A stretch of 31,931 nt of DNA from a virus (IMGVR_UViG_3300005613_000266:1-31931); one strand, 5' to 3'; numbered from the stretch's first letter, positions 1 through 7,874 are shown. Made by a program: numbers and translations. Notes: a model not told the origin generated them from the sequence alone.

Positions 1-110
1 GGATGCTTGGTTACACGTAATGAATAATAAATATAAAGCCGCTTTTCACACGTGTTTCCAAGCAAAACATTATTCTGTGACTGGCGGCTTTATGTTTATA
101 AGGAGAATTG

Positions 111-344
111 ATGAAGAAAAATAATATTAATAAAAGATTATCTGAATATGTACAGGGGCAGCCTGTAATGACACCAGATGGTGAGGGTATATATCAATAC
201 ATGGATAGAATCAATGGCAGATTAAAACACCTCGTATTATTCAATATTGGTATCGATCCCGATGATCCAAAAGTATTCCTGGCTGAATTGCGCTCATTCT
301 TGAGTGATGAATTGCAACCATTATCAATGAATAGTGAGGAGTAG
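111..344 (+). CDS. hypothetical phage protein
   Basis: ORF with AGGAG at 101-105 before ATG 111; stop lies 2 nt before the next start. Confidence 0.6.
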   Translation: MKKNNINKRLSEYVQGQPVMTPDGEGIYQYMDRINGRLKHLVLFNIGIDPDDPKVFLAELRSFLSDELQPLSMNSEE

Positions 345-346
345 TA

Positions 347-1615
347 ATGTCAGAAACACGTAAAGTATCACAGATAATATTTAGAGAGGATTTATATCCA
401 AGAATAGCACACGATCCAAAGACAGTGCAAGAGTACGCAGAAAATATTAATATGCTGCCGCCGATTGAGGTCAATCAGCATAATGAATTGATTGATGGTT
501 ATCATCGATTAACAGCACATCGTAAAATGGAGTACGAGGATATTCAAGTAGAAATAACAGAGACCAAGAATGAAGCAGAATTTATCAAGCTGGCCATAAT
601 TAGAAATGCTACTCATGGATTACAGCTTAGCCGAGATGATAAACGGTCTATGGCAAGGAAACTTTATACATCTAACGGACACGATAAAAACGAGATAGCT
701 AATATCTTATCTGTTACTAACAGAACTGTCCACAATTGGGTTGAGGATATAGATAAAGCGCTGAAAGAAGAGCGCAACCGCAAGATATTTGATATGTGGC
801 TTTCCTGCCACAGCCAGCAAGAGATAGCGGATAGTGTAGGATTAGAACGCTCAATTCTATCAAAGCAAATGGAAGATATGTGCAAATTAGAAAATTTTCC
901 AAAAGTCACCAATCTTTCCGCAACCTATCAGGAAGAGAGTTGGACACAGCCGTTGTATAACGTTTGGAGGTTTTCCAAAGTATCTAATAACATAGCGCAC
1001 TTTGGCAAATCAGAACAGAGCATAGTAGATAATCTTCTTTATCTTTATACTGAGCCATTCGATATAGTAATTGATCCTTTTGCTGGCGGAGGTTCTACAA
1101 TCGACGTTTGTAAAAAAAGATTGCGAAGATATTGGGTATCAGATAGATTGCCTATTGTAGAACGTGAAAACGAAATACGCAAGCATGATATAGTCACTGA
1201 TGGAATAGCGGGTCCCTACCATTGGAACGATGTGTCTCTTGTATATCTTGATCCACCTTATTGGAGACAAGCAGAGAATCAATATAGCCAAGATGAAACA
1301 GATCTTGCTAATATGTCTCTTGATAAATTCTATACGCATTTATCTAACCTTGTAATTGAATATGCTAACCGTATGAGTAAAGGAGTAATAGCGCTTCTTA
1401 TTCAACCAACGCAATGGAAAGCAGATGGTAGGCGCTTTACAGATCATGTATATGATTTGATTAAATTAGTGGAGGGTAATAAATTGTATGTTATCAATCG
1501 TGTATCATGTCCGTACAATACAGAACAATACAATGCGCAACAAGTCGAGTGGGCTAAAAAGAACAAAGAGTTACTTGCACTTACAAGAGAATTGATTATC
1601 TGGAGAGTAAATTAA
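347..1615 (+). CDS. ParB/Srx-like N-domain + HTH + amino (N6-A/N4-C) DNA methyltransferase fusion
   Basis: PPIEV..LIDGYHRL ParB-like motif; HTH-like segments (EIANILSVTNRTVHNW, QQEIADSVGL); MTase motif I DPFAGGGST and motif IV LDPPYW; GAGGAG RBS. Confidence 0.85.
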   Translation: MSETRKVSQIIFREDLYPRIAHDPKTVQEYAENINMLPPIEVNQHNELIDGYHRLTAHRKMEYEDIQVEITETKNEAEFIKLAIIRNATHGLQLSRDDKRSMARKLYTSNGHDKNEIANILSVTNRTVHNWVEDIDKALKEERNRKIFDMWLSCHSQQEIADSVGLERSILSKQMEDMCKLENFPKVTNLSATYQEESWTQPLYNVWRFSKVSNNIAHFGKSEQSIVDNLLYLYTEPFDIVIDPFAGGGSTIDVCKKRLRRYWVSDRLPIVERENEIRKHDIVTDGIAGPYHWNDVSLVYLDPPYWRQAENQYSQDETDLANMSLDKFYTHLSNLVIEYANRMSKGVIALLIQPTQWKADGRRFTDHVYDLIKLVEGNKLYVINRVSCPYNTEQYNAQQVEWAKKNKELLALTRELIIWRVN

Positions 1616-2097
1616 TGTCAATATACTATGGTGAAAAAAACAAAGTCAAGCCAAGATTTGATGGGAAGGGTACTGAATTTGGATTGATGCATCGTGATTT
1701 AGGACCCGGATTTTTGATGTTTGATATAGATAGAATGAGCGCAGTGTTAGAGGTAAATCTTGAATTAAAGCGCGAAAATGAAGCGTTTGTAGAATATAGG
1801 CAATATGGTAATGCAATTAATTTTATAGCTATGTTTGAAGTGAAGGCTAAAAAAACCAAGTATTCATTGGAGGCTTTAGACAATACAAAATCTAGTTCAT
1901 TGGCTAGAGCGGAGATTGCAAGAAGGTTGGAATGTAGATTATTCGTTGTATATGGGAGTGACGGCAAGCAGCCATTCGAATTTTATGAAAATATTAATGG
2001 CGAATTTAGCCTTGTTGGTGTACTTAATTATAATAGTTCTAATAGAGATGTTGCGGTAAAGAAATTTTGGAACGAAATACTAATCATAAAGAGATAA
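1615..2097 (+). CDS. putative PD-(D/E)xK nuclease-like protein
   Basis: TAATG coupling to the MTase; FDID...MFEVK resembles a PD-(D/E)xK core. Confidence 0.5.
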   Translation: MSIYYGEKNKVKPRFDGKGTEFGLMHRDLGPGFLMFDIDRMSAVLEVNLELKRENEAFVEYRQYGNAINFIAMFEVKAKKTKYSLEALDNTKSSSLARAEIARRLECRLFVVYGSDGKQPFEFYENINGEFSLVGVLNYNSSNRDVAVKKFWNEILIIKR

Positions 2098-2109
2098 TTG
2101 GTTAATCCA

Positions 2110-2370
2110 ATGACAAAAACATCGTATACATTAATTCACGATCCGATACCAATAGCTGAAGGGGGATTGAAGCCAGGGTTCCGCGTTTATGGATTAGAAT
2201 TATATTACATGCTACAATACTATTGTATAACCGAAGGAGCGAAGTTCAAAAATGGCAGCAGTACGTATCGCGTGGAATTACGAGAAGTCGATTGGCAACG
2301 AACGAAGGTGCACAAGCTGCTGTTGGTATCTGAGCGCAACAATTCAGTCGTGAAGCTGAGGCATAGCTGA
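2110..2370 (+). CDS. hypothetical protein
   Basis: ORF filling the gap in a tightly packed operon; start could be 2098 or 2110. Confidence 0.5.
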   Translation: MTKTSYTLIHDPIPIAEGGLKPGFRVYGLELYYMLQYYCITEGAKFKNGSSTYRVELREVDWQRTKVHKLLLVSERNNSVVKLRHS

Positions 2371-2379
2371 GGCATAGCT
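2354..2379 (+). repeat. 11-bp tandem duplication AGCTGAGGCAT x2.4
   Basis: agctgaggcat agctgaggcat agct read directly. Confidence 0.9.
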
Positions 2380-2380
2380 A

Positions 2381-2701
2381 ATGTATAAAACTTATTCAAT
2401 CATCGAGCGCACGTTTGAGACGCATATCAAAGCGTTAAACCTACCAGAGCCGGTGCGGGAATACAGGTTCCATCCAACGCGCAAGTGGAGATTTGATTTT
2501 GCATGGTTACAAGATCAGGTTGCAGTAGAGATTGAGGGCGGAACATGGTCGCGTGGCAGGCATGTAAGACCGAAAGGTTTTGAGAGGGACTGCGAGAAGT
2601 ACAACGAAGCCCAGCGCATGGGGTGGATGGTGTACAGATTTACCAGCAAGATGGTAATGAGTGGTGAAGCTATTAAATTTATGGAGGAGGTGTTGAATTG
2701 A
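2381..2701 (+). CDS. phage endonuclease, Vsr/DUF559-like PD-(D/E)xK family
   Basis: EYRFHPTRKWRFDFAW..VAVEIEGG..GRH..DCEKYNEAQ.MGW.VYRFT signature. Confidence 0.8.
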   Translation: MYKTYSIIERTFETHIKALNLPEPVREYRFHPTRKWRFDFAWLQDQVAVEIEGGTWSRGRHVRPKGFERDCEKYNEAQRMGWMVYRFTSKMVMSGEAIKFMEEVLN

Positions 2702-2964
2702 AAATGAATGACTTGTTTCCAAAATGGAAACAACTAAAAGTAGAAAGACCAGCGAGACATTGTGATGTGCTATTGTGCTATGGGAATAGCAATATAGTAT
2801 ATTCTGCATACTATGATGGTTATGTGTTTATTGATGCGCTAAACCAGCAGTTGATAAACGTAAATAGAGATGACGTGTATTGGATGTATGCGCCAAAAAC
2901 AATCAAAGAATTACGAGAAGGTGAAACGGAGTGGAAACATGATAACAGTAATATATCCGTGTGA
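2698..2964 (+). CDS. DUF551-like phage protein
   Basis: W....ERP....VLL...YWMYAP pattern; GGAGG RBS. Confidence 0.55.
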   Translation: MKMNDLFPKWKQLKVERPARHCDVLLCYGNSNIVYSAYYDGYVFIDALNQQLINVNRDDVYWMYAPKTIKELREGETEWKHDNSNISV

Positions 2965-3682
2965 TAGGAATAACGTGTGGATGACCTGCGATTGGGCTTG
3001 TCATTTGAAGCGTCCTGGATACAAAGCGCAGTATGCAGGAACGGATTATGCGGGCCCCGAACAGCCATTGTGGGCATCGCAATACAACGGCAAAGTGCTG
3101 CAATCAATGTGGAGTAATCTTGGTTATGGCAACACAACGTTTGTTGAGCACTACGACCAAGCCGGTAATGGAGTATTGAGGATACGCAACGCTCACCAGA
3201 AAGACCTTGCAGTATCAGTAGGTGATATTGTACAGCCTGGCGATTTACTAGGCACGATGGATAGTACCGGCAATTCCACCGGAACGCATACGCACTGGGA
3301 AGTATGGATTAAAACGCATGGGTCGTGGCAGAATATTGACCCGTTAAATTTATCAAATGGAGTAAAGATCGTGGCAAATAAAGAATCGTTAGAAACGCTA
3401 GATGGCAGTGAACCAATACCGCAACCCAAATTCAAGATCCCGAATGTGGCGTTTGTGCCTTGTAAAAATATGCTGTACGATCCGATAAATCTTAGAACGT
3501 TGCCGCATACAAGCGCAGGGGCTAGGATTATTGGACGAGTAGAACCTGCTAGCATTTGGGAATATTGTGGAAGCAAGACCGATACAGTTGGCAACGTATG
3601 GTTCGCGCTTCGCAAGGGAGACAAGATCGGCTGGGCTGCTGCATACTACAACGGCGCAGCTTGGATAGTACCGCAGGAATGA
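2939..3682 (+). CDS. M23 peptidase + SH3-like domain, endolysin paralog A (247 aa)
   Basis: GYGN, AHQ, VGDIVQPG, TGNSTGTHTHWEV M23 motifs; INLR..P...GW SH3b-like tail; start chosen by alignment with 7875..8618 and GGAG RBS. Confidence 0.85.
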   Translation: MITVIYPCDRNNVWMTCDWACHLKRPGYKAQYAGTDYAGPEQPLWASQYNGKVLQSMWSNLGYGNTTFVEHYDQAGNGVLRIRNAHQKDLAVSVGDIVQPGDLLGTMDSTGNSTGTHTHWEVWIKTHGSWQNIDPLNLSNGVKIVANKESLETLDGSEPIPQPKFKIPNVAFVPCKNMLYDPINLRTLPHTSAGARIIGRVEPASIWEYCGSKTDTVGNVWFALRKGDKIGWAAAYYNGAAWIVPQE

Positions 3683-3687
3683 ATTGT

Positions 3688-3858
3688 TTAATAAGCATAT
3701 TCTTATTAAGCGATAAAGCTAAACTATATAATTAATTTTAGTTTAGGCAATCGCATTAAAATAAAGTGGCAATAATCTTAATGGGAACTAACAAGGATTA
3801 CTTGATAGTTGGAGTTAGTGCAAAATATGCACATGGTGAACATATCGAATATATCGAT
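3688..3858. repeat. array of six different short inverted repeats
   Basis: IRs at 3688-3709, 3719-3746, 3754-3783, 3786-3810, 3818-3832, 3844-3858. Confidence 0.7.
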
Positions 3859-3881
3859 GAGTTGAAACGAAAGGAGAAAGC

Positions 3882-4049
3882 ATGATACAGAAATTGACAG
3901 CACTTGAATATTTAGCGATTGAACCAGATGTGATTGAATCTGACGAGGAATATTACCTCAGATTGGCGCGAACTGTGATGTATTATCTTAGGTTAGAAAA
4001 AGCTATGGCAGATATGAGCAATGACAAAACTAGTGAAGAATCGTACTAA
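3882..4049 (+). CDS. small hypothetical protein (55 aa, MIQKLTALEY...)
   Basis: AAAGGAG RBS; translated by hand, below the ORF-track cutoff. Confidence 0.6.
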   Translation: MIQKLTALEYLAIEPDVIESDEEYYLRLARTVMYYLRLEKAMADMSNDKTSEESY

Positions 4050-4068
4050 TTGTGAAAGGAGTTGAGTG

Positions 4069-4422
4069 ATGTACTACACAGTAACATTTAGAGAATATGA
4101 AGTAGGACAAGAAGAAATAGAATTTGACATAAATTTTATAGCGAGCGATAATAAACAGTTGATGGAACTAATAAAAAGATTTATCAAGCGCTATTGTGAG
4201 GAATATTATAATGAACATAAAGACGATTTGCTTATATCATCAGATGGGATGAAAGCTACGCTAAATTATAAATCAATCTATGCGTATTATGTTCAGCCAT
4301 TTAGAACATACGCAAAGTTTATTAATGCGGATGATGAGCAAGTGTTTCATAGAGTTACCGTTGGGGATAGAATACCACCGGTGGATGCGGTGGAAAATGT
4401 TGATTTTTTTTGTAAGGAGTGA
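4069..4422 (+). CDS. hypothetical protein
   Basis: GAAAGGAG RBS; flanked by a 16-bp direct repeat. Confidence 0.7.
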   Translation: MYYTVTFREYEVGQEEIEFDINFIASDNKQLMELIKRFIKRYCEEYYNEHKDDLLISSDGMKATLNYKSIYAYYVQPFRTYAKFINADDEQVFHRVTVGDRIPPVDAVENVDFFCKE

Positions 4423-4435
4423 AAGGAGTTGAGTA

Positions 4436-4609
4436 ATGGCATACAACTGGAATAATTCAATGATCGCTACTATCGAGAAATGGGACGAATTACTGAAAGA
4501 GCTTGCTGATTACACCTATCAAACGTATATTGGAGCTACTACTGATTATTACACAGAGACTACAGATGATGCAGAAGATGCAGAAATGACGCAAAAGGAG
4601 ATTAACTGA
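4436..4609 (+). CDS. small acidic hypothetical protein (57 aa, MAYNWNNS...)
   Basis: GAAAGGAG RBS; TGATG coupling to the next ORF. Confidence 0.6.
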   Translation: MAYNWNNSMIATIEKWDELLKELADYTYQTYIGATTDYYTETTDDAEDAEMTQKEIN

Positions 4610-4737
4610 TGGCTGCGTTGGGAGCTTTTATAATTGCGGGTTCATGGGTGCTTGGATTATTTATTATAATTTGGTCGTTATGGCAAATTTGTGAATGGAT
4701 GTGGAATTGGTTGATTGACGGAGATAGTAATGACTAA
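4609..4737 (+). CDS. small single-pass membrane protein (42 aa)
   Basis: AAGGAG RBS; MAALGAFIIAGSWVLGLFIIIWSLW hydrophobic stretch. Confidence 0.55.
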   Translation: MAALGAFIIAGSWVLGLFIIIWSLWQICEWMWNWLIDGDSND

Positions 4738-4975
4738 AATAATCGACATCGAAGATGCCGAATCGATGATTAAAATTAATTTGAGACCGTGTCCATTTTG
4801 CGGGAGCCATAGAGCAAGGCTTCATAAGGCAATGGGGTTCTGGTCTGTGTATTGCTATAAATGCCTTGCGGAAACGGATCATTATAATACACAAGCTCAG
4901 GCTTATAATGCCTGGAATGCACGCAATGGGGAATTAGATAAAGATCATGCTTATAGTGAGAGCAAATGGGATTGA
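4730..4975 (+). CDS. Lar-family restriction alleviation protein (Zn ribbon)
   Basis: LRPCPFCG...VYCYKC..A...A..AWN.R pattern; GGAG RBS. Confidence 0.8.
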   Translation: MTKIIDIEDAESMIKINLRPCPFCGSHRARLHKAMGFWSVYCYKCLAETDHYNTQAQAYNAWNARNGELDKDHAYSESKWD

Positions 4976-5112
4976 TCAACATACTTGAAACGCTATGGTA
5001 CTGCATAATATGTGATCGTCATCAGTATCTGCATCGGGGCGCAGGTATTTATGTTTGCGTAAGGTGCGGCAAACGAACAACACATAGGGAATTGTTTGGA
5101 GGTTTTTTTTAG
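4966..5112 (+). CDS. small CxxC-CxxC zinc-finger protein (48 aa)
   Basis: Hand translation MGLINILETLWYCIICDRHQ...YVCVRCGKRT. Confidence 0.45.
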   Translation: MGLINILETLWYCIICDRHQYLHRGAGIYVCVRCGKRTTHRELFGGFF

Positions 5113-5121
5113 TGATGAATT

Positions 5122-5289
5122 ATGACTGAACGTTATCCATGCCAATACATCATTGCTCTTCCCGAGCGCACGGTCAATTGGACATGGCATCGGATGTTGG
5201 ATCGCACTTGGGCGATGATATTTATTCAGGATGGCTACTACATTAGCTTGATAGATTTGTCATCGGAATTGATACATCGCCGCAATTAG
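5122..5289 (+). CDS. small hypothetical protein (55 aa, MTERYPCQY...)
   Basis: Open frame filling the gap; RBS spacing is weak. Confidence 0.35.
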   Translation: MTERYPCQYIIALPERTVNWTWHRMLDRTWAMIFIQDGYYISLIDLSSELIHRRN

Positions 5290-5377
5290 TGAAAGGAGTG
5301 AATATACAGCTATTACCGAGCAGTCCGGTAATGAAATACTAATTGTGACATTGGGAAACGAACGGGAGGTAGTCAAA

Positions 5378-5479
5378 ATGAACTTTACTCAGATTATTGG
5401 AACCATAGCAATATTTCTACTGATTGTGTCACTATTCACATTGTGGCTCTCATTGTTGATCCTGGGGTTGGCATTATGA
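5378..5479 (+). CDS. small membrane peptide (33 aa)
   Basis: GGGAGGT RBS; fully hydrophobic; ATGA overlap with the next gene. Confidence 0.55.
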   Translation: MNFTQIIGTIAIFLLIVSLFTLWLSLLILGLAL

Positions 5480-6339
5480 GTGAATATATTACCGAGCAAA
5501 CTGAGCGCAATGTGCTGACGTTAAAATTCGATGTTGCCAGTGATTGGCAGCAATGGATCATGCTCAGTAGTGATCATCACGTAGATAATCCAATGTGTCG
5601 GCGAGATTTATTGACTAGAGATTTGGAGAAAGCACAAGAGCGCGACGCGTTGATTTTCTTCTTTGGGGACACCTTCTGTGCAATGCAGGGGAAATACGAC
5701 AAACGATCGTCGATGGATGACATTCGGTCTGAAGATGTTGGTGAAGATTACTTAGATCGGATCGTTAATCACGCTGCGGAGTTATACAGCCCGTTTGTGG
5801 CCAACATTGCATTGATTACCAAAGGCAATCATGAGACGTCGATCCGCAAACGTCATGGCACAGATATAGTCAGCAGCCTTGTTACGTTGCTGAATATCAA
5901 CGCCAATGGTCACCGAGTGTATGAAGGCGGTTATGGTGGTTGGGTGAGGTTTCAATTCGCGGTGTACACACGGAAGATTTTGAGATCGTTGAAATATCAT
6001 CATGGCGCTGGTGGTGGGGGTCCAGTAACGCGTGGTGTGATCCAGACTAATAGACAAGCGGTTTATTTACCCGATGCGGATATTGTGGTCAATGGTCATA
6101 CGCATGATAGCTGGGTTGTTCCGATAGCGAGAGAGCGGTTGAACCGCAAAGGGCACGTTGCGCGTGATCTTGTTCATTTTGTGCGCACGCCGGCATATAA
6201 GGACGAATATCGGGATGACTATGGCGGTTTTCATACCGAGAAATGGGGACCTCCGAAGCCGCTTGGGTGCGTATGGTTGCATTTTTACTATGACAGTGCC
6301 GATGGGGTGAGGTTCGAGTTGATACCAGATGTAAGTTGA
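5476..6339 (+). CDS. calcineurin-like metallophosphoesterase
   Basis: SDHH, GD, GNHE, HG, GHTH motifs in canonical order. Confidence 0.85.
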   Translation: MSEYITEQTERNVLTLKFDVASDWQQWIMLSSDHHVDNPMCRRDLLTRDLEKAQERDALIFFFGDTFCAMQGKYDKRSSMDDIRSEDVGEDYLDRIVNHAAELYSPFVANIALITKGNHETSIRKRHGTDIVSSLVTLLNINANGHRVYEGGYGGWVRFQFAVYTRKILRSLKYHHGAGGGGPVTRGVIQTNRQAVYLPDADIVVNGHTHDSWVVPIARERLNRKGHVARDLVHFVRTPAYKDEYRDDYGGFHTEKWGPPKPLGCVWLHFYYDSADGVRFELIPDVS

Positions 6340-6350
6340 CTTGTGAGTTA

Positions 6351-6381
6351 AAAATAAAAAGTCCTCCAGCTGCGGAGGACT
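6351..6381 (-). terminator. intrinsic terminator of the minus-strand cassette (possibly bidirectional)
   Basis: agtcctcc-agctgc-ggaggact stem with an A-tract on its left (U-tract on the minus strand). Confidence 0.75.
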
Positions 6382-6401
6382 GATTGGTTGTGTTTGATGA
6401 T

Positions 6402-6836
6402 CTAATCTGATTTCCAGTTGGGATTTCCCACGGGGCGATCCAGCTTAGCGAACTCATCTAGGTCGCTTGATTTTATAAATAAGTCACGCCCCATCTTGCG
6501 GGCGGGTAGTTGATTGTTAATGATCAGTTGTCTTACTCGGCTGTCGGTAATACCGAGTCGCTTGGCTGCGTCTGCAGTTGTGATAATAAATTGATTCCAG
6601 GATGAATTAACATATTCAGTTAGTTGATTGTGGATGTATCTTGCATCGTAAATGTCATATTCAATTCCATATTCCTCATTGTCGTTGAGAAGATAATCTG
6701 TGATTTCATTGATGTATTCATCAGCGGTCAAGCCATCGTTGTGTGCATCTTCTGGTGTATATTGTAAACTCTGCCAGTAATCTCGCAGTGTGTTATTCAA
6801 TTCATTTATTCTATGTTCCCAGTTTTTTTCGTTCAT
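6402..6836 (-). CDS. acidic N-domain fused to a C-terminal excisionase-type HTH (HTH_17-like)
   Basis: ITTADAAKRLGITDSRVRQLI...LPARKMGRDLFI; AGGAG RBS before ATG 6836. Confidence 0.75.
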   Translation of the reverse strand: MNEKNWEHRINELNNTLRDYWQSLQYTPEDAHNDGLTADEYINEITDYLLNDNEEYGIEYDIYDARYIHNQLTEYVNSSWNQFIITTADAAKRLGITDSRVRQLIINNQLPARKMGRDLFIKSSDLDEFAKLDRPVGNPNWKSD

Positions 6837-6889
6837 TTCAAATTCTCCTGCCTGGTTTACCCGCCAGGCTCGGGGATAGGTGGGTAAAA

Positions 6890-7054
6890 TCATCCGCCAA
6901 TCCAATACCACTGAGCAGACAGCCATTCTAAAACTTGATCAGTGTTCATATCCTCGTCTAAATCATATATGTCTTTGATCTCTGAAATGGTAAGCCACCC
7001 AGTCGTTGTATTGTATTTCTTTTCAAGTTGATATTCTACTAATCTGGTATCCAT
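6890..7054 (-). CDS. small acidic hypothetical protein (54 aa)
   Basis: GAAAGGA RBS before MDTRLVEY; directly downstream of a strong promoter. Confidence 0.65.
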   Translation of the reverse strand: MDTRLVEYQLEKKYNTTTGWLTISEIKDIYDLDEDMNTDQVLEWLSAQWYWIGG

Positions 7055-7097
7055 TTTTATTCCTTTCATTTCAATCTGTTTGTTTATCGTTATACTG

Positions 7098-7127
7098 CTA
7101 TTATAACACATGCGTTATAATAGTCAA
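7098..7127 (-). promoter_or_regulatory. sigma70-type promoter overlapped by a 26-bp operator palindrome
   Basis: Minus strand TTGACT-16nt-TATAAT with an extended TG; CTATTATAAC-acatgc-GTTATAATAG palindrome at 7098-7123. Confidence 0.8.
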
Positions 7128-7173
7128 GAGATTTATATTAATAGATTATTAGAAATTACTACACGTTGGGGTG

Positions 7174-7202
7174 TTGCATTACATGATGTAATATGGTATA
7201 CT
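7174..7202 (+). promoter_or_regulatory. sigma70-type promoter of the lysis/packaging operon with internal palindrome
   Basis: TTGCAT-17nt-TATACT with an extended TG; ATTACAT-g-ATGTAAT at 7178-7192. Confidence 0.7.
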
Positions 7203-7247
7203 GAGTGATATAGGCAAGATACATATTTGTTTCAGGGAGTGTAAATT

Positions 7248-7544
7248 ATGACCGTAGAAATGTTATCAGCAACATCCGCAGCGTTACTAAGTTTGGTATT
7301 TAGCTATGTACCAGGGCTGAACGCGCAATTCGAGAAGTTGGAGGGTGTGTATAAGCGACTAGTTATGTTACTGTTACTGGTTGTTGTGTCCGCTGGCGCG
7401 ATTATTTTAGCCTGCGCGGGCTATGGCGAAGCCTTCCAGGTTGGCGTATCCTGCGACCAGGTGGGATTGACCGAATTGGTGAAAGTGTTTTTAGCTGCAG
7501 TGATTGCTAATCAATCCGTTTATGCCATTTCGCCAAAGAAATAA
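7248..7544 (+). CDS. holin
   Basis: 98 aa, 2-3 hydrophobic helices, basic C-terminus, upstream of the lysin. Confidence 0.7.
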   Translation: MTVEMLSATSAALLSLVFSYVPGLNAQFEKLEGVYKRLVMLLLLVVVSAGAIILACAGYGEAFQVGVSCDQVGLTELVKVFLAAVIANQSVYAISPKK

Positions 7545-7559
7545 AGTCGCAACTGCATC

Positions 7560-7838
7560 ATGGCAGAGGGCAATGGCAATCGAGAGTTAGGAGAGATTCA
7601 GGCGACATTGAAGCATATTTCCAACGATATTGGCGATATGCGATCGGACATAAAAGACCTTCGTGACAAAATTACCAATCACTGCATAGAGACGGAAAAT
7701 TTGAAATCGAGGGTCTTTGACCATGATAATGAGATAAATAATTTGCGTAAGAAGTCTGAACGCTGGGACATCGCCAACAGCATCGGAGCTAGTATGAGCG
7801 CAATTGTGGCGGGAGTGATCACCTGGCTGAAGACCTGA
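7560..7838 (+). CDS. coiled-coil protein with C-terminal TM (XhlA/holin-accessory-like)
   Basis: Heptad-rich N-terminus, single hydrophobic C-terminal helix, located in the lysis cassette. Confidence 0.6.
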   Translation: MAEGNGNRELGEIQATLKHISNDIGDMRSDIKDLRDKITNHCIETENLKSRVFDHDNEINNLRKKSERWDIANSIGASMSAIVAGVITWLKT

Positions 7839-7874
7839 GTATATACTGACAATCGATCGAAAGGAGTATTACAA

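Noticed and set aside
6850-6888. Hairpins between the two minus-strand genes (gcctgg/ccaggc; tttacccgcc/ggtgggtaaa)
   Set aside because: Short, no U-tract, no assignable function; noted only.
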